Of a DNA stretch of 64,000 bases, positions 55,283 to 64,000 are shown piece after piece. Under the pieces are notes generated by a model. It made no database searches and was not told the DNA's origin. It worked only from the letters and a program-made list of their open reading frames with translations. Position 1 is the stretch's first letter, and each line of letters begins with the position of its first letter. The translations under genes were made by a program, and so were the position numbers. Source of the stretch: Eledone cirrhosa (Eukaryota); assembly GCA_964016885.1 (NCBI GenBank), contig OZ024742.1, positions 257,858,001 to 257,922,000 on the forward strand. The letters are read 5' to 3'.

Positions 55283-57150
55283 ATACTTGGGGAGGGTCAT
55301 ATTTGTGTAATATTGCCAGAATTAATAACAGAACACACTCACTGTATGGTTGGTTTTCGCTTCTCGCTTCTGTGTCTTTTATATCGGTAATCTAACTTAC
55401 TCGGTCCTCCATGTTGCCATTGACTGACCGACGGTCAAAAATAATACAGATACAATATAGACACAAACACATATATATAGTTTATCATAAATCTTTCGTT
55501 GCACATCTGCAACATCGTCAGTGGTGCTATATTTTCCTCCTGTTGTATTGTATGTCTACGCCATTTTTATTCAGTCTGTCTATATATTTATTTATTTATT
55601 TGCTTGTTTGTTTATTTTATGTTGTCTTCTTTGCGCATGCGTTTGCGTGTGTGTATAGTGTTTTGTTTGCTGTATGATGGGTGACAAGTGTGTGTTTATG
55701 TGCTTGTTGTTATTGTGCTTGTGTATGTATTTATTTATTTATTTATTTATTTTATTTTATTTACTTATTTATACTTCTCTTAGGTCAGTGTTGTTTGTTT
55801 GGGTGTTGTTGTTATTCCATTCATTGTTTCTGTTTAGCCTTGGTCTTCTAATTTCTATTTCACTGGCCTCTCTGATTTGCCTATCTGCTGGGTCATTTCT
55901 ATGTTTAGATATTATTCTAATTTCTATGTTGTCTATGTTACCGTCATGCTGTTGTCTAGCATATTCGTATAGTACTGACCCGTTTTTTCGTCCTTTTAGT
56001 TCCCCCAGTGTTGGTCTATCCTTTCACCTATGCTACGAGCTGTCTCACCTATGTATGTTCTGGTCATGTTTCTGCAAGTACCCTCTGTACATCTTATGCT
56101 ATAGACTACGTTTCTAGTGTTACAGTTTATGCTGGGGTTCACCTTACATATGATACATTTCCTATTGGTACAGTGGGTTTTCTTAAAAGGGTAGGTTTTG
56201 CTGATCAGGGATTTTATGGTGGTTCCTGGCTTTTCTACCACCTTTAGTTTGAAGTGGGTCTTTCCCAGGGCCTTTCTACACTGGTTAGCTAATTTCCCTC
56301 CAGGGGTAGCGTCCACAAACATGACAATCTGGTATCTATGGTTGTCGTACCATGAGGTGGCTTTCCCTATCTTATGTCTAGCCCTATCTAAGCTATTCCA
56401 TGATTTGCTCCTGTATAATGGGCAAATTCCTTTCATGTCCGGTTCTATGAGGGTCTTATACTTCTCCATGGCTCCTTCGTATACTCTGACTCTGTCTCTT
56501 TGGTTGTAACCAGAGAACTGCATGCGGTTGATGAAGTGTTGAATGTGTCTTTCCATTTCTGTTGGGTCGCACATGCGGGACACATTCTTCATCACTCGTA
56601 CCAAATCTGCGATCAGAATATTAAACTTAGCACTACTGGACATTGCTGAGTTTATGAGTATCAGGTATTTAGAGGCCATGGGTTTAGCATAGTGTGAGTG
56701 GAGAATTTGGTCTCTCTCGTCTATAGTGTTAATCCAGAGTTCTGTGTCTAATACAGGTAGTCTATTGTTAGGGTGTTTGGAAGGGAAGTCGATAGTTACA
56801 GTTATACTCTGGTGTATGGAATTAGCTATCTGCTGGATGCTTTCCATCGTGCTACGTTCTAAATCAAACTTGTTATTGCTCTCTAGTGGGGGTGTTCTTA
56901 TAACTATATTGATATCGTCTACATAACGAGAGTACATGATGAGGTCTATGGAGCTCTCATTAAGGAGATCTTTAAGTCTCCTTTCCCACCATACCATGAA
57001 AAGGTTGCCAACATCACCAGCTATGCTGACGCCGATGGCTGCTCGCTCATTTTGGGTGTAGATCTTCTCGTTGAACTTAAATATGAGGCCCTTTAGGGTA
57101 GTTTTGATACTAGCCCCTATTGCATGTGCGACCATTTTTCTTACCTGATC
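55277..57150 (-). mobile_element. Family A PLE, 5'-truncated copy 2
   Basis: High similarity to 3905-5730. Ends aagtataacaata|(TA)n. Hammerhead at ~55486-55527 with stem II gttgca-gatg-tgcaac. Confidence 0.93.
55996..57135 (-). CDS. Open 379-aa PLE RT C-terminal half, linker and GIY-YIG start (5'-truncated)
   Basis: AIGVSIAG, YSRYVDD, PVLDTELW, CTNRKCIIC and VVYSIRC...YIGETAR. Continues to ~55769 after a 1-nt shift. Confidence 0.85.
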   Translation of the reverse strand: MVAHAIGASIKTTLKGLIFKFNEKIYTQNERAAIGVSIAGDVGNLFMVWWERRLKDLLNESSIDLIMYSRYVDDINIVIRTPPLESNNKFDLERSTMESIQQIANSIHQSITVTIDFPSKHPNNRLPVLDTELWINTIDERDQILHSHYAKPMASKYLILINSAMSSSAKFNILIADLVRVMKNVSRMCDPTEMERHIQHFINRMQFSGYNQRDRVRVYEGAMEKYKTLIEPDMKGICPLYRSKSWNSLDRARHKIGKATSWYDNHRYQIVMFVDATPGGKLANQCRKALGKTHFKLKVVEKPGTTIKSLISKTYPFKKTHCTNRKCIICKVNPSINCNTRNVVYSIRCTEGTCRNMTRTYIGETARSIGERIDQHWGN

Positions 57151-57156
57151 ATATAT

Positions 57157-57520
57157 ATGGCTTAGTGGTTAGAGCAGTAGCCTTGCAATCAAAAGGTTGT
57201 GATTTCAATTCTCGGACCGGGTGATGTGTTCTATCCTTGAGCAAGACACTTTATTTCACATTGCTCAAGTTTACTCAGCTGAAAATGAGTACCAGCAATA
57301 GCTGGAGGTTTAACCCTGCGATGGATTGGCGTCCTGTCCAGGGGGAGTCTTGTACGCTCAGTCGCTTCACGCCATGAAACCGGGATAAGCACCGGCCAAA
57401 TGAGCCTTCTGGCTTAAGACAGACTTTAAACTGTGGGATGGCGTCATCGTATGGCTAAAACAGCACGTGCTGTGACCAGCGGCGCCGAATGGCGCCCGAT
57501 TTGCTGGTCGGTCAAGGTGA
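57157..57520 (+). mobile_element. tRNA-derived composite SINE
   Basis: A-box tggcttagtgg, B-box-like gatttcaattct, tccttgagcaagacactt, V-domain-like ccctgcgatggattggcgtcctgtccagggg and LINE-like tail gaaaccgggataagc. Ends in (TA)n. Confidence 0.85.
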
Positions 57521-57728
57521 TATATATATATATATATATATATGTAGATAAATCTACCAAGAGTTTACGGTAGTGTCCAATCCGTATGAAGAACTCAATG
57601 TATTTCGGATATCATGGAAAGAAGAGATGTAATGAAAAATCACTTTCGGTGAAAGATAAACGGAATACAGAGTCAAGATAAAATATTAAACAAAATATGT
57701 TTAATATTTTATATATATATATATATAT

Positions 57729-58695
57729 ATTGTTATACTTGGGGAGGGTCATATTTGTGTGATAATCTTGACAGAATTAATGACAGAACACACTCACTGT
57801 TTGGTTGGTTTTCGCTTCTGTGTCTTTATATCGGATAATTTAATTTATTCAGTCCTCAATGTTACCATTGACTGACCCTGATCAGCAAGCCCTACCCTTT
57901 TAAGAAAACCCACTGTACTAATAGGAAATGTATTATATGTAACGTAAACCCCCGGATAAACTGTAAAACTAGAAACAGTCCGTAGCATAAGATGTACAGA
58001 GAGTACTTGCAGAAACATGACAACAACATACATAGGCGAGACAGATCGTAGCATAGGTGAAAGGATAGACCCACACTGGGGGCAACTAAAAGGACGAAAA
58101 AACAATTCAGTTCTGTACGAACATGCCAGGTAACATAGACACTATAGAAATTAGAATAATATATAAACATAGAAATGACCCAGCAGATAGGCAAATCAGA
58201 GAGGCCAGCGAAATAGAACTAGAATTCCAAGGCTAAACAGAAAAAAATGAATGGAACAACAACAACACCCAAACAAACAATACTGACCTAAGAGAAGTAT
58301 AAATAAATAAATACATACACAAGCACAATAACAACAAAGACATATAAACACACACTAGTAAACTAAGATAGAATACAATAACCAATACACAGTCACCCAA
58401 ACACGAACACACATCGAACACTATACACACACGCAAACGCATGCGCAGAGAAGACGAAAAATAAAATTAAATAAACAAACTAAATAAAGATGCCGTAGTC
58501 ATACAATACAACGGGAGGAAACATAATAGCACCACTGACGATATTGCAGATGTGCAACGAAAGAACTGTGTTAGACTATGTATATGTGTTTGTGTCTATA
58601 TTGTATCTGTATTTCTGACCGTTGGTCAGTCAATGGTAATATTGAGGACCGAATAAATTAAATTAGCCGATATAAAAGACACAGAAGCGAAACCC
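57729..58695 (+). mobile_element. Family A PLE copy 3: 3' fragment with inverted pseudo-LTR at the 5' junction
   Basis: 57729-57877 is the pseudo-LTR tail on the minus strand. 57878-58695 is GIY-YIG plus 3' UTR on the plus strand. Hammerhead at 58530-58572. (TA)n on both sides. Confidence 0.9.
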
Positions 58696-58696
58696 A

Positions 58697-58731
<35 letters not shown>

Positions 58732-58734
58732 TAA

Positions 58735-59605
58735 GTGGTTACACAACAGTTAGTTCACCATACCGAGAACAATTGTTTCACCTTCGTGGATCTTCAGCTG
58801 GGGATGTGTATGGTATTAGGAACAGGAAGGACAACCGTACGAACGCGCATGCGCAGAAACTCGGTCACTTCACACAGGCAATACTAGACTGCGTGCGCGG
58901 GGTGTAAGGGAGATAACTGCGAAAGTCCGGAAAGTTTTTTGGTTAAAAATAAAATAAAAAAATTAAAAATTAAATTACAAAGAATCAGTCCGGAGCCTTG
59001 TAGTTATGCAATAGATGTTTGGTGACGTTTGGACAACGTGTGAAAAATTCACTTCTCGTATTTAGGCAATCACTATTGCGTAATCTCTTTAGGATAGTTA
59101 TTCGTTCGTGAATACATAAGCCACACGTCGGATTTCCCCTTGCGTATGGCTTGGACTTAGTGATGGCTTTCCATTGAATGGAGTACCCTATACTTGAGTC
59201 CTTGAGGGACCATACGTGGCTCGTGAGTTTTGTGGATGAACCTCTGTCCGGGTATCTGAAGGTAGACTGGTGGTTCAGGAAACGCTCCTTGAATCGGCCC
59301 TCCATCTTGCCCACATAGGATTTGACCTCCCGTGGTTCGTTTGGTCGGTTGGAAGTGACCACAGCTTCATAGATTACAGTTGGTATGCTGCATTGTTGTT
59401 GAAGGGGCAGATTCAGGCTTACGGCAAGAGCACCCTGGTGGGGTGTTGCTCCTAGGGTTGCTCGTGATGTGGGCCTTCATGTACTTAGTGCAGGAGTATC
59501 CTAGTTTAACTTTGTGTCGGTTAAAGATGGAGCGGTATTTATGACCTATGGGGAAGTGCCTATCTAAGAGGGCTAGAAACCTTTTGCCTACATTGGTTTT
59601 AACGT
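58735..59605 (-). mobile_element. Naiad-type PLE 3' fragment
   Basis: VKTNVGKRFLALLDRHFP, GCSCRK, SYVGKMEGRFKERF and CGLCIHE. Hammerhead cag-CTGAAGA-tccacgaaggt-GAAAC-AATT-GTT at ~58763-58803. Confidence 0.88.
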
Positions 59606-59790
59606 TAGATGGACACTTCCCCACAGGTCATAAATACCGCTTCATCTTTAACCGACACAAAGTTAAACTAGGATACTCCTGCGCTAATAACATGAAGGCG
59701 CACATCACCAGAAGCCCTAGGAGCAAAACCCCACCAGGGTGCTCTTGCCGTAAGCGTGAAGATTTCCCCCTTCAATAACAATGCAACATA
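59385..59790. repeat. Inverted duplication of Naiad coding sequence (~185-bp arms)
   Basis: 59605-59790 is the reverse complement of ~59385-59570, with scattered mismatches. Confidence 0.9.
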
Positions 59791-59850
59791 TGCAATACAA
59801 GTCGATATTGAACGGTATGTCAAATCTATTTATCTATAAAACTGTCTATA

Positions 59851-59920
59851 TTGTATTTTGTCTGAGGAAGGCATAACATATTGTTAATATGATATCCCTG
59901 AAATATATATAATGATATAA
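59851..59920 (+). ncRNA. Type I hammerhead motif in a solo Naiad pseudo-LTR
   Basis: CTGAGGA-agg...catattgttaatatg...cct-GAAA-T-ATAT-ATA. The downstream tail matches 53490-53630. Confidence 0.65.
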
Positions 59921-60048
59921 ATATGGTTTTATAAATATAGTTTCCATTTATTTAATATCGTAAATATACTCCAAATACTTGTTGAGTGCTTTTATATCAG
60001 TTATAAATATTTACTAGTTGTAACCCAACAATTTAAATATAACTTTCC

Positions 60049-60097
<49 letters not shown>

Positions 60098-60101
<4 letters not shown>

Positions 60102-60876
60102 AAGAGTGAACGAATAACATGGCCCGCTGTACATCCTTACTTCTATCCTTTATGTCTCATCCTCGAATCCTTATTCTTTATTCTCTATTTCTTGTTTCCT
60201 GACCTCTTTCTCTCTTACATTTTATATTTCATGTTAATCCTCTAATATAATTTTTTTGTATTTTTGGCATGTTTATTTTGCCAATACATGAACTCAATAC
60301 ACTATATTACATTGACGTCCACTCAAATTCATCTCGCCTATCATATATCGTATTTTTTCTCATGATATTGTTATCATTACTGTCATAACTACTTTACACA
60401 TCCATTTACTCACCATTATAACTTCAAATACCACCACCACTACTACTATTTTCAGCAACAGTATTTTATTTTATTTTATAATTTTTATTGTTTTGTTATA
60501 GCTTTTTATCATATTTTATTATTTATGTTATTGTTTTCATTCACATGATTCTCCGATGTATCTATAAATATCAGTGCCATGTGTTACATCCTTCAGTATT
60601 CCGATGATTTGATCAGAGACATACACTGTATTTAATGTCGATTGACGTAATTCCGAGTGATCAGCGGCATTTAGACTCACCTGATCAATGAAACAATTGT
60701 TAATACTGTAAATAAAACCCTTTTTGTACAGCCGACCATGTTATTCTTCACTCTTTCACTACTATTACTCCAAAAATGACCTAGATGGGACTTCTCGCAA
60801 ACTCGCTACCTAAGTAAGGAAATCCTCTTGTTGAGTCAACCTCTAACGACTACCTTAAACGATTACTTGTTATCCC

Positions 60877-60880
<4 letters not shown>
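60098..60880 (+). mobile_element. ORF-less PLE 3' UTR/pseudo-LTR with short inverted tail, in (TA)n
   Basis: 60098-60132 is the reverse complement of 60725-60759. Contains the hammerhead at 60594-60708. Confidence 0.7.
60594..60708 (+). ncRNA. Hammerhead variant, CCGATGA core and multi-hairpin stem II
   Basis: Stem I cagtatt/aatactg (7 bp perfect); CCGATGA; stem II base ttgatcag/ctgatcaa (8 bp perfect); GAAAC-AATT-GTT. Confidence 0.75.
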
Positions 60881-60924
<44 letters not shown>

Positions 60925-61038
60925 GCCAGAAATAATAACAGAGAACACTCACTGTTCGCTTCTGTATCTTTTATGTCTCCATAGTTAATTTATCTGGCAA
61001 TCAATGTTTATCATTGGTTGACCAACGTTTAAAAATAC

Positions 61039-61140
<102 letters not shown>

Positions 61141-61683
61141 ATTAAAAAGAACAGAAAGATGCAGTAAAAGTAAAAGAGATTTATTCGGTTCTTACGTACG
61201 TTTCAATAGACATCTATTTGCCTAGATATCGCTACATCTATAATATTATATATTTAGTAGACCATTCGATATCCAATGCACAATCGATCCCATATCATCA
61301 GAGATTATGTTTACCGTACCAGAATATTCAGGTTTTTATAAGAATTCATGTGAAGTTGAAGTAGAGAAGAAGGAGGATGTGACAAAGACGAGAGAGATAG
61401 GGGGGGGGGGTCATAGTTGTTGAGGTAAAACTGAGGGGAGGATAAAATATGATAATGAATATGCACTAGTCCAACTATGTGTGTGTGCTAGAGAGATGGT
61501 AGACGTTGATAGGTTTACGATCTATGATAGATGGAAGCAAGGGAGATTATGTCAAGTGACTTGTAAAGTATGTAGGAGGAGATGTTGAATAGGGGAGATG
61601 TGGTTAATAGAAGGCATAGCAATAATCCATGGGGATAGATAGAGGAGGTAGAAGGAAGATAGAGGAAGGCAGAAGTCGCAGGA

Positions 61684-63053
61684 TCAAATCAGGCCAGGTT
61701 TGTATGTAGAGAAGGTAGCCTTGAGTCTGTGATTGCAGTATAGAGTCCTTTCCGTTCTGTTGTTGAGAAGAGTATATTTGGATTTTAGTATATAAAATAG
61801 CTCCATATTGCATAATCGGCAGTAAGGCTGGCCTGCACGATATGCGGAAGCACTAGAAAGTTTTGTCCATTTCAAAGTGTATTGCAGGTTACTTTCGCGC
61901 AACTGCCAAATTGTATTGGCTAAGGTAGTTACGGAACGGTATTTGATGTTCTTTATCGAACTACGGTGTTGGTACCAACGAAATTTAAAAGTGGTAGAGG
62001 TACAGCCGATATAGTGCCATCTTCGGTTATCCGATTCAACGGTGCATTGATACACCAAATTGGATTCCATGCATTTTCTATTCAGAGGGCAACGATCAGG
62101 TAGGTTGCAGTTGCACTTATCAGCTCCTGTAGTATTATTATCTTGTACAGATTGCGTTAGGTTTATATGTGTGTCTGCTGCAGGAGGGTTTACATTCAGC
62201 GGTTGAGAGTTTGAGGAAGTGTTAATGTAGTTTGGGGTGCTTCGTGTGGATGTGCTGACTAATCGTTTGGAGTTAAGTTTTTTAATAATTAGATCGAGAT
62301 TGGGTGCTGTAGAATATGAAAGCTTAATAGACCTTAGATTTAGTATCTTAGCGTATCGATGTGTAGGAGGAAAATGTGTTTTGATTAAATTGAAGAAAAG
62401 TGAGGAAATTTTAGGAGATGTTGAGGCATTGTATATTGGGTTGTACCAAAGGTAGTTACGATTCCGCTTTTTAGCTTGGTTGGGTTGTGTACTTCTAATT
62501 CGACTATGCCTATGCGGAAAGTGTATGTTGTGTATCGTACCTATATTATTATTTATGCTAGTGCGTTGTGAGCCCTTATTTCTATATTGGTGTGCTGGAT
62601 CTATGTACTCTATTTTGTCTTGGTACCCAGCCGCCTTAAGTGCGTTGTTATAGTAGTTAGCATGCTCACTAAAGACCTGGGGGGTAGATGACAGGCGTGA
62701 TATTCTAAGGGAGATGGCCCGAGGGATAGACCGTATAACCGAGGGTGGATGATTAGATGTATGGTCAACATACATAATATTTTCATTAGATTTATGGAAT
62801 GGGCGGATTTCCCCCGTCTCTAAATTACATGCTACATCCAAGAAATTTGTTTCAGTCAGGTTGTACTCAAAAGTGATGCTAAAACCTAGACTGTTTAAAA
62901 ATTCGCTAATTTTCTTACGTAATCTTTCTATTTTCTGGTTGCTTAGGTGTTTAGCTAAAAGGAGCGCATCGTCGCGGTAGATACCGCCTTGTAGATTGCG
63001 GATTTTTTTCTCTAGTGCTTGAGCGATGAAGATGCCCACTACGTCTGTAACTT
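61684..63053 (-). CDS. Uninterrupted C-terminal ~455 aa of a Naiad RT-GIY-YIG protein (no native start)
   Basis: GIYRDDAL, NFLDV, SNHPP, RNYLWYNP, KCNCNLPDRCPLNRKC, LVYQC...HYIGCTS, CRLC and CNH. The predicted ATG comes from the inverted pseudo-LTR junction. Confidence 0.88.
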
Positions 63054-63065
63054 CGGTAAACATAA

Positions 63066-63180
63066 TCTCTGATGATATGGGATCGATTATGCATTGGATA
63101 TCGAATGCTCTACTAAATATATAATATTATAGATGTAGCGAGATCTAGGCAAATAGATGTCTATTGAAACGTACGTAAGA
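63066..63180 (+). ncRNA. Hammerhead with ~90-nt multi-hairpin stem II (second copy on minus strand at ~61190-61304)
   Basis: tct-CTGATGA-(63076-63165)-GAAAC-GTAC-GTA-aga. Core is conserved in both copies. Confidence 0.72.
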
Positions 63181-63371
63181 ACCGAATAAATCTCTTTTAC
63201 TGCATCTTTCTGTTCTTTTTAATTTTCTATACACGCCCCGGAATATAGCTAAACTGGAATATACACCTTTTTTCTGCATTTCGTTGAGCACCACTCTGTT
63301 GTAAGCTGACATTCCACTACACGGTACATAACACTGTGTCCTGGAAAACATTAATGCACTCGTGCATAACC

Positions 63372-63413
<42 letters not shown>

Positions 63414-63565
63414 ACACAGTTAAACACGTAAACGGGTATCTTCAATTGTTCCCGAACTCGAGTTCCGGCCACACTTAAGGCAGCAGCAGGGTGCACTGCA
63501 CCCTCTGTCCGCATATATTATGCATCAATGCTTCATCAGCGGACTTCGCCTAATCAATAACCAAT

Positions 63566-63660
<95 letters not shown>

Positions 63661-64000
63661 GAGATCTATTAATACATGGCAATAAAGGATATTTTGTTAC
63701 AATTATTGAATGTAGGAGGACTCTGTAAAAAATAACCAAATTCTCTCTCGTAATTCAACGTTATATCGAGAAGAAATGATACCAGCTTTCGTCTTAAAAT
63801 TCAAATTCGTTACTTAGGCAAATCTGACTATAGACTCGTGAAGAATGGACAGATTCTCCCTTATAATTCAAAATGTTCGCGATTGTCTATTAAAATTCAA
63901 CATTTCAACGAGGATAAACATTACATAACCTCTTTTATGTTTAAAAATTATAACTAGGTTGAAATGACCAGCTTCTCTCTAATAATTCAACATTCTATCG

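Noticed and set aside
57157-57225. tRNA gene
   Set aside because: A/B boxes are present, but there is no proper cloverleaf and it continues into SINE body domains.

Overview
AT-rich animal genomic DNA. The SINE types and dense (TA)n/(CA)n/(GA)n tracts suggest an octopus-like cephalopod; this is inferred, not proven. No host gene can be confidently called: there is one weak candidate first exon at ~36.5 kb, and most ORFs in the track are microsatellite or antisense artefacts. The window is a transposon graveyard dominated by Penelope-like retroelements (PLEs, RT + GIY-YIG) of at least three clades (Naiad-type, a Nematis-like family 'A', Neptune-like). It also holds CRE-clade, Tx1-clade and R4-like LINE remnants, tRNA-derived SINEs, a non-autonomous Helitron and a decayed hAT-like transposase. 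The most notable signal is a set of more than a dozen intact or degenerate type I hammerhead ribozyme motifs in PLE pseudo-LTRs. Several have stem II expanded into a 60-90 nt multi-hairpin domain, and two families carry a CCGANGA core variant. Nearly every PLE ends in a (TA)n tract through short AT microhomology, and many 5'-truncated copies carry an inverted pseudo-LTR (fold-back). Coordinates were read by eye and may be off by a few bases.
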